Assembly (NCBI GenBank): GCA_963767925.1
Contig: CAVYGB010000002.1
Coordinates: forward strand, 1,504,001-1,568,000
Source: an uncultured delta proteobacterium
GTDB taxonomy: Bacteria; Myxococcota_A; Polyangia; Fen-1088
DNA: 64,000 nucleotides
Reading direction: 5' to 3'
Of the stretch, positions 8,984 through 20,360 are shown one piece after another; the first letter of the stretch is position 1, and each line of letters opens with the position of its first letter. The notes beneath the pieces were generated by a model. The model worked only from the letters and a program-made list of their open reading frames with translations. It ran no database searches and was not told the origin of the DNA. Made by a program: the position numbers and the translations under genes.

Positions 8984-11272
8984 ATGTCAGCGCGCGCTCG
9001 CCAACGCGATCGAGAGATCATCGATCGTTATACCGACCAGCCGACCCGGCTGCCGGCCGAGCTGCGCGCTGAGGTCGAACGCGCCTTCGCCGGCCGCCCG
9101 GTCCTGCTGTACGCCCTGACCGACCTCGACCCCGCCCTCACCCTCACCGAGACCTGGCTCCTCCTCGGCCCCGAGCAGGTGGCCATCGCCCGCCCGGCCG
9201 CCCGCGGCTGGGCCGTCGAGCGCATCGACCGCGCCCGCATCCGCAGCGTGCGCGAGACTCCCGGCCTGAGCTGCCACCAGCTCCACCTCCAGGGTGAGCC
9301 CGGCGAGCCGCCCCTGGCCGTCCTGCGCTACACCCACCGCCAGCAGCGCGCGGTCGAGGTCATCCGGGCCGTGCTCGAGAGCAAGCTGCCGGCCCAGGAG
9401 GCCGCAGGCGCCGTCGCAGCCGCCGACGCCGACGACCGCTACGCCGACGCGGTGGCCGGCCCCATCCGCGAGGCCCAGGCCCTCGTCGCGGGCAGCGACT
9501 CCGCCATCATCATGCGCCTGCTGAGCTACCTGCGCCCCTACCGCAAGCAGGTGGCCATCGGCCTGGGGGCGGCCGCCCTGGTCACCGCCCTCAGCCTGGT
9601 GCCCGCCTACCTCGCCGGCTACCTCATCGACAAGGTGGCCCGTCCGGTCCAGGAGGGCCGGCTCGCGCGCGAGGCCGCCAGCCAGATCGCCCTCCTCTGC
9701 GTGGGGGCCATCGCCGCCGCCTACCTGCTGCGCTCGCTCTTCACCTGGGTGCGCCTGCGCTTCATGGCCGTCCTCGGCGAGCTCGTCGCCCGCGACCTGC
9801 GCACGGCGATCTACGAGCACCTGCAGACCCTCAGCCTCAGCTTCTTCTCCCGCAAGAAGACCGGCAGCCTCATCACGCGCGTCACCTCCGACACCGACCG
9901 GCTGTGGGACTTCCTGGCCTTCGGCATCGTCGACGTGTCGCTGTCGGCGGTCATGCTGGTGGGCCTCGGCGCCGTGCTGATCAACCTCGACTGGCGGCTG
10001 GGCCTGGTGATGACCCTGCCGGTGCCGCTGATGTGCCTCTTCATCTTCCTCAACGGCAAGCACCTCGAGCGCTACTTTCTGCGCGGCTGGCGGCGCTGGT
10101 CGGCCCTGACCGACGTCGTGAGCGACACGATCCCCGGCATCCGGGTGGTCAAGGCCTTCAACCAGGAGGGGAGCGAGCGCCGCCGCTTCGGCGCGCGCAA
10201 CGCCTCCGCCACCGAGCAGTTCAACCAGATCCACCAGGTCTGGACCCGCTTCTGGCCGGCCCTCATGTTCGGCATCCACGCCCTCACCGCGGCGGTCTGG
10301 TACCTGGCCCTGCCCCGCCTGCTGGGCACGGCGGCGCCCGAGCTGACCCTGGGGCGGTTCGTGTCGTTCCTGCTCTACGCGACGATGTTCGGCGGCCCCA
10401 TCGAGGTCATCGGCCAGATGACCCGGGTGATGAACCGCGCGACGAGCTCCGCCCACCGCATCTTCGAGGTGCTCGACACCGAGCCGGAGGTGGTCGATCA
10501 GGTCTCGCCCGTGCGCATCGAGCCGGTCGCCGGTCGGGTCACCTTCGACGCCGTCTCCTTCGGCTACGAGCCGAGCCGCCTGGTGCTGCGCCAGGTGAGC
10601 TTCGACGTGTTGCCCGGGGAGATGATCGGCCTGGTGGGTCCCTCGGGCGGCGGCAAGACCACCATCGCCAACCTGATCGCCCGCTTTTACGACCCGCTGG
10701 GCGGCAGCGTGCGCATCGACGGCATCGACCTGCGCACGGTCGACACCGGCAGCTACCGCCGGCAGGTGGGCATGGTCCTGCAGGACCCCTACCTGTTTCA
10801 CGGCACCATCTCCGACAACATCCGCTACGGCCTGCCCGACGCGCCCATCGATCAGGTCGTCGCCGCCGCCCGCACCGCCAACGCCCACGACTTCGTCTGC
10901 CGCCTGCCCCACGGCTACGACACAATCGTTGGCGAGCGGGGGCACACCCTCTCGGGGGGCGAGCGCCAGCGCGTCTCCATCGCCCGGGCCCTGCTGCACG
11001 ACCCGCGCATCCTCATCCTCGACGAGGCCACCAGCTCGGTCGACACCGAGACCGAGCGCAAGATCGAGGAGGCCATGCACCGCCTGATCGGCGGCCGCAC
11101 CGTCTTCGCCATCGCCCACCGCCTGTCCACCTTGCGCCGGGCCAGCCGCCTGTTCGTCATCGAGGACGGGGGGCTGGCCGAGTCGGGCACCCACGGCCAG
11201 CTCATGGCCAACCCGGCCAGCACCTACCGGCGCCTGGTCGAGCTGCAACGAGAAGTGCAACACGCCATCTGA
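8984..11272 (+). CDS. ABC transporter permease/ATP-binding protein with N-terminal extension
   Basis: Walker [17 protein letters not shown] signature, [11 protein letters not shown] domain. Confidence 0.9.
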   Translation: MSARARQRDREIIDRYTDQPTRLPAELRAEVERAFAGRPVLLYALTDLDPALTLTETWLLLGPEQVAIARPAARGWAVERIDRARIRSVRETPGLSCHQLHLQGEPGEPPLAVLRYTHRQQRAVEVIRAVLESKLPAQEAAGAVAAADADDRYADAVAGPIREAQALVAGSDSAIIMRLLSYLRPYRKQVAIGLGAAALVTALSLVPAYLAGYLIDKVARPVQEGRLAREAASQIALLCVGAIAAAYLLRSLFTWVRLRFMAVLGELVARDLRTAIYEHLQTLSLSFFSRKKTGSLITRVTSDTDRLWDFLAFGIVDVSLSAVMLVGLGAVLINLDWRLGLVMTLPVPLMCLFIFLNGKHLERYFLRGWRRWSALTDVVSDTIPGIRVVKAFNQEGSERRRFGARNASATEQFNQIHQVWTRFWPALMFGIHALTAAVWYLALPRLLGTAAPELTLGRFVSFLLYATMFGGPIEVIGQMTRVMNRATSSAHRIFEVLDTEPEVVDQVSPVRIEPVAGRVTFDAVSFGYEPSRLVLRQVSFDVLPGEMIGLVGPSGGGKTTIANLIARFYDPLGGSVRIDGIDLRTVDTGSYRRQVGMVLQDPYLFHGTISDNIRYGLPDAPIDQVVAAARTANAHDFVCRLPHGYDTIVGERGHTLSGGERQRVSIARALLHDPRILILDEATSSVDTETERKIEEAMHRLIGGRTVFAIAHRLSTLRRASRLFVIEDGGLAESGTHGQLMANPASTYRRLVELQREVQHAI

Positions 11273-11333
11273 GAGCCACTCACCCGGCTGCGACGAGAAC
11301 TGCAACACGGCAACTGAAGCCCAGTCACCCGAG

Positions 11334-11885
11334 ATGCCACCCGTGGAAAAGACCGCCGGAAATTCTGCTGCTGCCGCTCCGGGCGCCGCCACCGCCCCGG
11401 GCGGTGCCACCGCCCCTGCGCCGCCGCGCCTCCTGCGGCGCAACGACGGACGCCTGTGCGTCGCCCCGGCCGACGGCGCCGCCGAGGCGAAGCCGGTGCG
11501 TCCGGTCCGCTGCTTCCCCTGGTCGCGGCCGGGGGCCTTCGTGTCGCTGCGCGACGACAAGGACGAGGAGGTGGCCTTCGTCGACGACCCGGCCGCCCTC
11601 GATCCCACCTCGCGGGCCGTGCTCCAGGAGGAGCTGGCCCAGGTCGGGTTCGTGCTCCACGTCCAGCGCATCCTCTCGGTGCGCGAGGAGCTGGAGATCC
11701 GCATCTGGAAGGTGGAGACCCGGGAGGGGCCCCGCACCTTCCAGACCGCGCGGGACGAGTGGCCGCGCCTCCTCGCCGACGGCGCCCTGCTCCTGCCCGA
11801 CGTGGCCGGCGACCTCTACCTCATCCCGCGCGCCGCCGCCCTCGACCCCGCCAGCCGCCGCGTCCTGTGGGCCTTCACCGACTGA
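11334..11885 (+). CDS. DUF1854-like protein
   Basis: [35 protein letters not shown]...LDPASRR. Confidence 0.75.
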   Translation: MPPVEKTAGNSAAAAPGAATAPGGATAPAPPRLLRRNDGRLCVAPADGAAEAKPVRPVRCFPWSRPGAFVSLRDDKDEEVAFVDDPAALDPTSRAVLQEELAQVGFVLHVQRILSVREELEIRIWKVETREGPRTFQTARDEWPRLLADGALLLPDVAGDLYLIPRAAALDPASRRVLWAFTD

Positions 11886-11886
11886 C

Positions 11887-12831
11887 ATGACCCCGCCTGA
11901 CGCCAGCCACGACGCCGGCCGGGCGGCCGAGGCCCGCTCCCGGGCCGGGCTGCTCTACGCCGGGGGGGCCTTCTTCCTCTGGGGGATCGTCCCCCTGTAT
12001 TTTTCCGCCCTGCACGCCGTCTCGGCGCTGGAGATCATCGCTCACCGGGTGCTGTGGTCGACCGTCTTCCTGACCGGGCTGCTGGCGGTGACCCGGGGCT
12101 TCGGCGAGCTGCGGGCCGTCTTCGCCGAGCCGCGCCGGGCGGCCATGCTGGCCCTGACCTCCGCCCTCATCGCGATAAACTGGCTGACCTTCGTCTGGTC
12201 GGTCAACGCCGGCCGGCTGCTCGACACCAGCCTGGGCTACTTCATGACCCCCCAGGTGAACGTGCTGCTGGGGTTCCTGTTCCTGGGCGAACGCCTGCGC
12301 CGCACCCAGTGGATCGCCCTGCTGCTGGCGGCGGCCGGGGTGATCAACCAGATCTGGCTGCTCGGGCAGCTCCCCTGGATCGCGCTCGTGCTGGCGCTCA
12401 GCTTCGGGTCGTACGGCCTGTTCCGCAAGCAGGTCCCGGTCGACCCGATCACCGGCCTGCTGGTCGAGACCTTGCTGGCCGCCCCCCTGGCCCTGGCCTA
12501 CCTGGTCTACCTGTGGCGCGCGGGGGCTCTCCGCTTCGGCCACGTCAACCTGCACCTCGACGCCATGCTGGCCTTCCTCGGCGTGGTCACCGCGGTGCCG
12601 CTGATGCTCTTCGCCGCCGGCGCCCAGCGCCTGCGCCTCGTGACGCTCGGCTTTCTCCAGTACCTGCCCCCCACGATGACCTTCCTGCTGGCCCACTACT
12701 TCTACGGCGAGACGCTGGGCCGGGCCCGCATCGTCACCTTCGCCTTCATCTGGGCCGGCATCCTCCTCTACGCCGCCGACAACTGGCGCCCCCGCGCCCC
12801 CGCTCCCCCCGCTGCCCCCGCCCCGGTCTGA
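11887..12831 (+). CDS. rarD: EamA-family transporter RarD
   Basis: [38 protein letters not shown]. Confidence 0.85.
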   Translation: MTPPDASHDAGRAAEARSRAGLLYAGGAFFLWGIVPLYFSALHAVSALEIIAHRVLWSTVFLTGLLAVTRGFGELRAVFAEPRRAAMLALTSALIAINWLTFVWSVNAGRLLDTSLGYFMTPQVNVLLGFLFLGERLRRTQWIALLLAAAGVINQIWLLGQLPWIALVLALSFGSYGLFRKQVPVDPITGLLVETLLAAPLALAYLVYLWRAGALRFGHVNLHLDAMLAFLGVVTAVPLMLFAAGAQRLRLVTLGFLQYLPPTMTFLLAHYFYGETLGRARIVTFAFIWAGILLYAADNWRPRAPAPPAAPAPV

Positions 12832-12894
12832 GCACGCCCGCGCCATCCTGGCCGCCTCACGCCGCGGGGGCTTCACCTTCGTTGCGCCACCCGA

Positions 12895-13383
12895 TCAAAG
12901 CGGGGCAGGGGGCAGGTCCTTGCCCAGGCAGATGCTGGTCTGGGGGGACTGGAGGTATTCGCCGTAGAGGGGGATGGGCTGGAACCCGAGCGCGCGGTAC
13001 AGCGCCAGCGCCGCGGCCTGCCGGGTCCCCGTCTCCAGCACCAGCCGCCGCACCCCCAGCCCGCGCGCCTCCCTCTCCAGCGCCGCCACCAGCCGCCGCC
13101 CGATGCCCCGCCCGCGCGCCTCCGGCGCCACGTACATCCGCTTCAGCTCCCCCGTCTCCTCGTCGATCAAGCGGAGGGCCCCACACCCGACCGCCGCCGC
13201 TCCCTCCCAGGCCACCAGGAAGGCCCCCCGCCCGGCGAGCACCTGATCCCGCCCCAGGTGGAAGTGGTTCGCCCCCGCCTCCGGGTAGATCGCGCTCAGC
13301 TCCGTGTTCAGGGCCCCGATGAGCGCCCGGCTGACCTCGTCGTCGAGCTGGGCCTTTGCGATGGTCGTCGAAGGTGGTGTCAC
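12895..13383 (-). CDS. GNAT N-acetyltransferase
   Basis: ELKRMYV.PEARGRGIG, LETGTRQ.AALALY. Confidence 0.85.
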   Translation of the reverse strand: MTPPSTTIAKAQLDDEVSRALIGALNTELSAIYPEAGANHFHLGRDQVLAGRGAFLVAWEGAAAVGCGALRLIDEETGELKRMYVAPEARGRGIGRRLVAALEREARGLGVRRLVLETGTRQAAALALYRALGFQPIPLYGEYLQSPQTSICLGKDLPPAPL

Positions 13384-13483
13384 GATCGCCCTCTCTGAGA
13401 TCGACCGACCGGATGATACCCGCCCGGCGGGCGCCAGCGAAGCCCGGGTGAAGCGCGAGCGCCCTACCCGGAAGGGCGACAGC

Positions 13484-15286
13484 CTACTGCGTGCGGGTGC
13501 GGAAGCTCTCGGCGCGGGCGAGGCGGACGTAGAAGTCGACGACGTTGATGGTCCCGGCGCGCAGCTCGTCGCTGGCGGTGCGGGCCAGGCAGGCCGCCTC
13601 GCTGTGGTCGATGCCGAAGGCGTGGCCCGTGATGTAGTCGGCCAGGCAGTCGGCGGTCTCGGGCAGGGGGGCCAGGGCGCGGGCCAGCTCGTCGGGGCCG
13701 CGGAAGCTGACGTCGCCCCCGCTGGTGCCGATCAGCAGGCCGCTGTCGTCGATGTCGAAGCGGCCTTCCTTGGCCCGGTAGCGGCCGGCGGCGTCCAGGT
13801 GCTCGAAGGCGAAGCCGATGGGGTCCATCAACATGTGGCAGCCCTTGCAGGCGGCGTCGGCCACGTGGATGACCTCGTAGCGCTGCCGGGTGGTCTCGGC
13901 CGCGGTCGGCTCGGGCAGCTCGGCCACCACCGGCGGGGGCGGCGGGACCTTGTTGCACAGGAGGCGCTCGCGCACGAGGTGACCGCGCTTGGTCGGCGAG
14001 GTGCTGAGGCTGCCGCCGCCGATCGACAGCAGGGAGCCCTGGGCCAGCAGGCCGACGCCCCATCCGGCCGGGCGGGTGGCGCGGGCGAAGACCCCCGCGC
14101 TGCCCTGGCCGTAGCCGTAATACCGGGACAAGGTGGCGTCGACAAGCGTGAAGGGCGCCAGCAGCAGGTCGCTCAGCTTGCCCCGCTCCTCGAACACGAC
14201 GGTGGCGAAGAAGCGGCGGGTCTCGTCGGCCAGCGCCTTCTGCACCTCGGGCGAGAAGTCCGGGAACGCGGCGGTGTCCTTCTTGATGTTCTCGAGCGGC
14301 GTCAGGCTCAGCCACTGGTCGGCGAAGCCCGCCACCAGGTTGCGGAAGGCCGTCCGGGGCCGCCCGTCGGCGCCGACCACCAGCGGGCGGGCGGCGGCCT
14401 CGACCTGATCGGCGGTGGCCAGCCGGTTGGCCGCCGCGAGCTGCAGCAGCTCGGGGGTGGGCGGGCCACCGGTGTAGGCGAAGCTGATCTGGCTGGCGAC
14501 CTCGTAGGGAGTCAGGCGGAAGCGCCCGCCCGCGATCGCCTCGCCGAGCTCGCTCCGGTAGACGGTGTTGGGGGACTTGATGAGGGCGACCGTCGCCCAG
14601 TAGACCCAGCTCTTGAAGTCGCCCGACTGGCGGACCTTCGCGTATAGGGTCATGTAGCGCCCGCGCTCGGTGGGGGTCAGCGGCCGGCGGTACAGGCGGG
14701 GGGCCACCCCGTCGAGGAAGGTGGCCGCGCAGGCGTCCGACCCCTGCGGGGCGCAGGGGAGGATGCGGGCCAGGTTGATCGGGCTGGTCACCGCCGCGGC
14801 CACGTCGTTGGCCGCCTCGGCCAGCCGACGGGCGTATTCGTCGCCCACCGTGAGGCGCTGGGCGTTGTTGTTGAACCCGTCGCCCGAGGCGGGATCGGGC
14901 AGGAAGGCGGGGCCCTTCCACTGGGTGGCGTCGAGCCCGAAGGCGGCCCGCACGGTCGTGTCGAACTCGGCGGTGGTCAGCCGGCGCAACACCCGCGTGG
15001 CCACCCGCTCGGTCTCGCAGCGGTTGGGCGAGCCCGGTGGCGGCGCGGGCGGGGCGGCCGGTCCGGGCGGAACGCCGGGGGCGCCGGGTGTGCCGGAGGC
15101 GGGCGGGACGCCCGGCGCGCCGGGGGCGCCGGGCGCGCCCGGGGCACCGGGAGAGGAGGGGGCGCCGGGAACGCCGGGGGCGCCGCCGCCCGGATCGTCC
15201 GGGCCGATGAAGGTGCCGCCCACGCAGCCGCCGGCGAAGGTCGCCAGCGCGAGAGTTCCGAGGAGAAAGCCGCTCGACCGGGTCAT
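13484..15286 (-). CDS. DUF1592/DUF1588/DUF1595/DUF1587-type lipoprotein with a heme-binding motif
   Basis: LRRLTTAEF, YRRPLT, TSPTKRG, CKGCH, DPIGFAFEHLDAAGRYR; coupled to the upstream gene. Confidence 0.85.
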   Translation of the reverse strand: MTRSSGFLLGTLALATFAGGCVGGTFIGPDDPGGGAPGVPGAPSSPGAPGAPGAPGAPGVPPASGTPGAPGVPPGPAAPPAPPPGSPNRCETERVATRVLRRLTTAEFDTTVRAAFGLDATQWKGPAFLPDPASGDGFNNNAQRLTVGDEYARRLAEAANDVAAAVTSPINLARILPCAPQGSDACAATFLDGVAPRLYRRPLTPTERGRYMTLYAKVRQSGDFKSWVYWATVALIKSPNTVYRSELGEAIAGGRFRLTPYEVASQISFAYTGGPPTPELLQLAAANRLATADQVEAAARPLVVGADGRPRTAFRNLVAGFADQWLSLTPLENIKKDTAAFPDFSPEVQKALADETRRFFATVVFEERGKLSDLLLAPFTLVDATLSRYYGYGQGSAGVFARATRPAGWGVGLLAQGSLLSIGGGSLSTSPTKRGHLVRERLLCNKVPPPPPVVAELPEPTAAETTRQRYEVIHVADAACKGCHMLMDPIGFAFEHLDAAGRYRAKEGRFDIDDSGLLIGTSGGDVSFRGPDELARALAPLPETADCLADYITGHAFGIDHSEAACLARTASDELRAGTINVVDFYVRLARAESFRTRTQ

Positions 15287-16683
15287 GCGCGCAGCTCCGA
15301 GAAGGTGCCGCTGCCGAACTGGGGCGCCGAGCCGGCCCCACATAGCTGCAGCACGGTTTGCATCAGGGTCTTGTTCGAGGCCGACCGCAGGTCGACGTAG
15401 CCCGGCTTGAGGGCGCCCCCGGCGCGGCCCGCCAGCAACACCGGGACGGAGTTGCTCTCGTGGCCCACCGGCATGCACTCACTCATCATGAGCACCAGGC
15501 TGTTGTGCAGGACGGTCTTGCCGGGATCGAGCGGGTCGGGCACGTCGAGCGCCCGCAGCAGGCGCAGGAACTTGCTGGCGTAGAACCGCTGGCACTGGGC
15601 GAAGATGTCCTGGTTGCCGTGGGAGGTGTTGTGGTGCGGGTAACCGGGCCCCACCGGGTCGGTCACGTTGCCGTCGGCGCTGCCCGCCTGGATGGTGGCC
15701 ACCCGGGTCAGCCCGCACACAACCGCCCGCGACAGGACGTCGATCTGGGCGTCGAAGATGTCCGAGAAGTGCTGGTGGCGGTAGGCCGCGGCGTCGTTGC
15801 CCTGCAGGGCCGCGCGCAGCTTCTCCACCGAGGCCAGGGCGTCGGCGCTGCAGCCGGGAGCCGGCCCCATGGGGGCGGGCGCCGAGGGCATCATCGGGTT
15901 CGGGAGCATCGGCCCGGGCGGCATCGGCGTGCCGCCGACGATCGGCGCCGGCCGGAGCGCCCGCAGGGCATCGCGGTGCTGCTCGAGCTTGCCGAGCTCG
16001 CGCGATCCGCGCAGCCGGTTGCTGAGGTCGGTCAGCTCCGCCTCGGCGATGTCGATGACCTCGTTGTCGAAGCTGGCGGGCGCCACCGGCGCGGGCGCGG
16101 GCGGCTGGCCGGGCGCCGCCGGCGGGGTGGGCGCCGGCGCCGGACGGCCGCCGGCCTGGCCGCGGAAGGTGCGGTCGAACGCCGACACCGGGTTGGCCTC
16201 GTAGTCGACCGGCCGGGGCGAGAAGAAGAAGGTCGACCGCCCATAGAGCTGGTAAAGCTGGATGGAGTCGGCCGGGATGACCCCCAGGTGCAGCGACCGC
16301 AGCCGGGTCGCGCCGGTGGCCGCCACGTGGTCCGCCATCACCTGGTCGACCGACTTCACCGTCGGGTCGGGCGACAGGTAGTCGGGCACCGGCGCGCCGG
16401 TGAAGATGCTCCGCACGGCCATGTGGTTGAACGACCCCGTGACGTCGATGCCGCGCACGAAGGTGAGCTGGCTCTGGTAGGGGGAGAGCGGCTCGGTGAT
16501 GAGGCTCATCGCCCCCAGGTTCCCCGGGCTGGGCCAGAAGAACCGCGGCTCCGCGCCGTTGAGCAGCGGAAACACGATCAGGCGGATGGGCGGCCCCGCC
16601 GCATGCGCAGGACGCCATCCATTCAACCCCAGGGTCGCCGCCGCGGTACCCGTCGCCGACAACAGCTTTCTACGGGTCAGCAC
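15283..16683 (-). CDS. DUF1552 (HxxSH) Tat-exported protein
   Basis: TRRKLL Tat signal, HHNTSH, GKTVLHNSLV, PVLLAGRAGG. Confidence 0.85.
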   Translation of the reverse strand: MLTRRKLLSATGTAAATLGLNGWRPAHAAGPPIRLIVFPLLNGAEPRFFWPSPGNLGAMSLITEPLSPYQSQLTFVRGIDVTGSFNHMAVRSIFTGAPVPDYLSPDPTVKSVDQVMADHVAATGATRLRSLHLGVIPADSIQLYQLYGRSTFFFSPRPVDYEANPVSAFDRTFRGQAGGRPAPAPTPPAAPGQPPAPAPVAPASFDNEVIDIAEAELTDLSNRLRGSRELGKLEQHRDALRALRPAPIVGGTPMPPGPMLPNPMMPSAPAPMGPAPGCSADALASVEKLRAALQGNDAAAYRHQHFSDIFDAQIDVLSRAVVCGLTRVATIQAGSADGNVTDPVGPGYPHHNTSHGNQDIFAQCQRFYASKFLRLLRALDVPDPLDPGKTVLHNSLVLMMSECMPVGHESNSVPVLLAGRAGGALKPGYVDLRSASNKTLMQTVLQLCGAGSAPQFGSGTFSELRA

Positions 16684-17187
16684 TGCCGAAGCCTCCTAGA
16701 AAAACAGGGAAAACCAGGTCCAACATTTGTAGCCCCCGGCACGAGAGCCTGCCGTGGCGCTTCGGGGCAAGTTCATGGACGTTTCCGACCCTCCCATCCC
16801 CACCCCCCAACGCCCAGCGTCTCAGCCACGCTCCCCCAGGGTACACGTCTGCCCCACCCCAGGAGACGCCTCACCCCGCCCCCCGGCTCACCCCCCCGCA
16901 CCTTTTTCCGACGCCGGATCGGCACGGGACGGCGAGCGCGGAAAGGCGAGATGAAATCGTTTGCAGCGTCACCGCTGGCGCGGTCGCCCCGCACCGACGA
17001 TTCATGCCGCCCGACGGCGGCTTTCGCCCGGACGCGCCTTCGTCGACCATGCCGCCCCGCCGTCCCGGACCACGGCCCCGCCGCGAGGCAGGGCGAAGAC
17101 ATCTTCTCCCTGCCGAACGACATCGCCGACGCCGGGGTCCGACCTGGCCACCGCCCCCGTCAACAGCCAGCAGACGCGCCTGACCGT

Positions 17188-17318
17188 TGCATGCGCTCTC
17201 GCGCGCGAACGCTAGCGTCTGTCCTGGACCGGTGCATGCGCTCTCGCGCGCGAACGCTAGCGTCTGTCCTGGACCGGTGCGTGCGCTCTCGCGCGCGAAC
17301 GCTAGCGTCTGTCCTGGA
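17188..17318. repeat. Tandem 45-bp repeat, 3 copies, containing the last codons and stop of the M28 gene
   Basis: TGCATGCGCTCTCGCGCGCGAACGCTAGCGTCTGTCCTGGACCGG at 17188, 17233 and 17278. Confidence 0.9.
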
Positions 17319-18351
17319 TGCCGGCGACGGTGGCCATCGAGGCGGCGACGAGCTTGAGGATGCGGGTCATGGTGTCGAAGTTGATGACGTCGACCGTGTC
17401 GGCGGGCGTGTGGCGCATCGGGAAGTAGCGGGACTCGAAGACGAAGCCGGTGTCGTAGCCCTGCCGGAAGAACGAACAGTCGTCGGAGGAGTTGCAGCCG
17501 TCGGTGCTGGCCCGGCTCGGCGTGAGGCCGATCTGATAGGTCCGCTCGGTCTGGCCGAGCAGGTCGAAGATGGCGGGGACCGCGGTGAAGAGCTGGACGC
17601 GCTTCCGGTTGTCCGGGTCGTGGCCGATCATGTCCATGTTGAGGAAGAACTTCAGGCAGCTCTTGGGCGGGCAGGCCATCGCCAGGTTCCGGGCGTAGTA
17701 GGTCGACCCCACCAGGCCGTTCTCCTCGGCGTCGAACAGCACGAAGCGCAGCTCGGCCGCGAAGCTGTAGTGCCCCAGCGCGCGCGCCACCAGGGCGGTG
17801 CCCAGGGAGCCCGAGCCGTTGTCGTCCATCCCCGGCGTCCGGACCACCGAATCCAGGTGCCCGCCCACGATGTACACGCCGGCGGTCGGATCGGTCCCTG
17901 GCAGCCGGAGCTCCACGTTGCGCAGCTCGCCGCGCTCGTCGAACCGCACCTCGAGGGCCGGGGTCGAGGCGTTGACCAGCTCCTTGATCCACTCGGTGAC
18001 CCGCCGGTAGTTCTCGGTCCCGGTGGCCCGATTCGGCAGCGACAGCGCCTGCAGCATCTCCGCCAGCGCCCGCACCTCTTCCTGGTCGATGCGCCCGATC
18101 AGCTCCTCCACGAGAGGATGGGCTGCGGCTTGCGGCGCCTCCGCCCCGGTGAGGTCCATTGCTGCGTCGGCGGTTGCGGCCGCATCGGGTCCGGTCGCCT
18201 CCATTGCCCCCGGCGCCTCCGCGCTAGCGCCGTCGGAGGGCCGCGCTGCATCTGCCGTAGCCGCCGCGCTCGGTCCCCCGTCTCCATCCGAAGCACAGCC
18301 CGCCCCGGCGCCCGCGAGGGCCACCAGGACACCGACCAGGCGGACCCACAT
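17302..18351 (-). CDS. M28 family aminopeptidase lipoprotein
   Basis: GGHLDS, PGMDDNGSG, AEENGLVGS, NMDMIG, HTPADT; AGAGC lipobox. Confidence 0.9.
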   Translation of the reverse strand: MWVRLVGVLVALAGAGAGCASDGDGGPSAAATADAARPSDGASAEAPGAMEATGPDAAATADAAMDLTGAEAPQAAAHPLVEELIGRIDQEEVRALAEMLQALSLPNRATGTENYRRVTEWIKELVNASTPALEVRFDERGELRNVELRLPGTDPTAGVYIVGGHLDSVVRTPGMDDNGSGSLGTALVARALGHYSFAAELRFVLFDAEENGLVGSTYYARNLAMACPPKSCLKFFLNMDMIGHDPDNRKRVQLFTAVPAIFDLLGQTERTYQIGLTPSRASTDGCNSSDDCSFFRQGYDTGFVFESRYFPMRHTPADTVDVINFDTMTRILKLVAASMATVAGIQDRR

Positions 18352-18590
18352 CGAAGAGCTTTTCAAGCGGCACACCGGCCCATGGAACACCTCCAGGCTG
18401 GCACGATGCCAACCTCATCACGGGGCCATGTGAACCGTCCTTCTACCACGCGCCCGCCCCCGCCTACCCGTGCTCCCGGCTCCGGTGGCCCGGTAACTCG
18501 GCATGGCGGCGTGACCTTCGCTAAGAGCGCGCCGCAGAAACCTGTGGAAATCTGCGGTGGCCTTGGACGTGAGATACGGAGATCGGTACG

Positions 18591-18747
18591 CGTGGTCGTG
18601 TGCGAGCCCGTGTTCGTGTTCGAGTTCGTGTGAGGCTAGCGGTTGGCGGTTCTCGTGCGCGGAAATTCCGCTGGCCGAGGCCCGCGAGCCGAGACACGCG
18701 CACCACACACGAACTCGAACTCGAACACGCGCTCGACCACGACCACG
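18591..18747. repeat. Imperfect inverted repeat built of hexamer units, ~70-bp spacer
   Basis: CGTGGTCGTG..GTGTTCGTGTTCGAGTTCGTGTG versus CACACGAACTCGAACTCGAACACG..CACGACCACG. Confidence 0.75.
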
Positions 18748-18972
18748 ACAGCCGCGGCAGTGATTTCGTTCACCTCGCCTGCGCCCTGATTGCCTTCAAC
18801 GCTGCGTCTCGTGCGTAATTCGCAGGTTTCTGCGGCTCGCTCTAAACGCGGCGCAGCCCGAAGCACCTCGGCACGGCGCCAGGTCCTTCGCTCGAAGCGG
18901 CCTAGGATGTCGCTGCCTGGCATGGCGACCGGTCTTTCGTTCGGGTAGCGGTTGTTGTCTCCGCTCCGTGAA

Positions 18973-19216
18973 TTCCGGCGGGGGGGCGCGGGGAGGGGGG
19001 GATGTCCCTGGCGGGGGACGGCCGCTCACGCGCGGCTGGGGGGAACCTCACGGGCCTCGGCGGGGGCTGGCGCTCGGGAGATCGTGGGGGGCCTCGCGGG
19101 GGCGCGCGGCCTCGACTCGCGCCAAGGCAACCGCCGCAGACGGCGGTGCAGGCGCTCCACGCCCCCGCCAGAGACATCCCCCCTCCCGGTGCACTGGGGT
19201 GGCTTACATTTTCTCC
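18973..19216. repeat. ~245-bp MITE/REPIN-like element, copy 1
   Basis: Internal IR GGGGGATGTCCCTGGCGGGGG / CCCCCGCCAGAGACATCCCCC; inverted near-identical copy at 23284-23530. Confidence 0.85.
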
Positions 19217-19526
19217 ACTACCGGCGGGGGGCGGCCTCTGCTGCGGGCGGGAGGTGGCAAACAGGCAGCATGGCCCTCGCCATCACCTCTCCCCGGCGGT
19301 CTGCCGTGGGGAGCGGTCGGTGCGGCTGCGTGCCGGGGGCGCTCGACCCGGCACTGCAAGGAAGGCCTCTCCTCGAAGGGGGTGCGGGAGGGGCCGGCTG
19401 CCGCGGGGCGAAGTGAGCTGCGGCGGCGTGGGGGGCGTGTCGAGCTTGTGACGGGCCCGTACTTGAAAAGGGCGAAACTTTTTTGGTTGAACCTCACGTG
19501 GCGTGAGGGCCTAGGGTTGGGGGGTC

Positions 19527-20216
19527 ATGTCGGCGCGGTTGAAAGAACGGGGTGGGGGGGCTTCTGCGCGGGGGGGAGCTGATCTACTGGAGGGGGAGCG
19601 GGAGGTGCTGGCGCCGGAGGAGCGGGGGCAGCTTCTTGAGAGTGGGTGGGTCGTGTTGCGGGGGGTGTTGACGCTGGGGGAGGTGGATGGGTTGAACGCG
19701 GCCTGGGATCGCGCGGCGGCGGGGCCGCAGGATCGCGTTGCGGAGGGGAACTGGGGGCCGCGGCTGGGGGAGGATCCGGCGTTTGCTGGGTGCTTGCGGC
19801 ATCCGCGGGTGCTGGCGGCGGCGCGGGTGTTGCTCGGGCCGGAGATCCGGGTGACGGGGTGCCACGGGCGATCGCCGCCGCTCGGGCACGGCGGGCAGGG
19901 GCTGCACGTCGACTGGCCGGGGGTCTTGCGGCCGGATGAGCACCGGCTGGCGAACGCGTTCTGGGTGCTCGATGGGATGGACGCCAGCAACGGCGCCACC
20001 CGGATCGTCCCCGGCAGCCACCGCTGGGCCCAGGTCCCGCGCGGTACGCTCGCCCAGCCCCACGGCACCCACCCGGCCGAGCGCTCGGTCGAAGCGAGCC
20101 CCGGCGACGTCCTCGTCTTCAGCGCCCACCTCTGGCACGCGGGCGCCCAGAACCGCTCCGGCCACCGCCGCCGCCTGGTGCTCATGCCGATCGAGCGCAT
20201 CCGAGGGCGTCGGTGA
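19527..20216 (+). CDS. PhyH-family Fe(II)/2-oxoglutarate dioxygenase
   Basis: LHVD, NGATRIVPGSH, GDVLVF..HLWHAG..N.S..RR. Confidence 0.85.
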   Translation: MSARLKERGGGASARGGADLLEGEREVLAPEERGQLLESGWVVLRGVLTLGEVDGLNAAWDRAAAGPQDRVAEGNWGPRLGEDPAFAGCLRHPRVLAAARVLLGPEIRVTGCHGRSPPLGHGGQGLHVDWPGVLRPDEHRLANAFWVLDGMDASNGATRIVPGSHRWAQVPRGTLAQPHGTHPAERSVEASPGDVLVFSAHLWHAGAQNRSGHRRRLVLMPIERIRGRR

Positions 20217-20360
20217 GTCGCTCCTCACCGACCGGCGTCTCCAGCGGGCCGCCGAGGCCCGACTGAATACCCGCCTCGCCCCCGGCGCACGAGCGGCAAT
20301 GAGGTTCATCCCACGCGGGGAGGTCGCCTCTGCCCGCCCGGGCCAGCTCATCACCCAACA

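Noticed and set aside
15358..18633. Long shadow ORFs (also 8987-11737, 40499-43360, 145-1017)
   Set aside because: Antisense or off-frame to recognisable genes; expected in high-GC DNA
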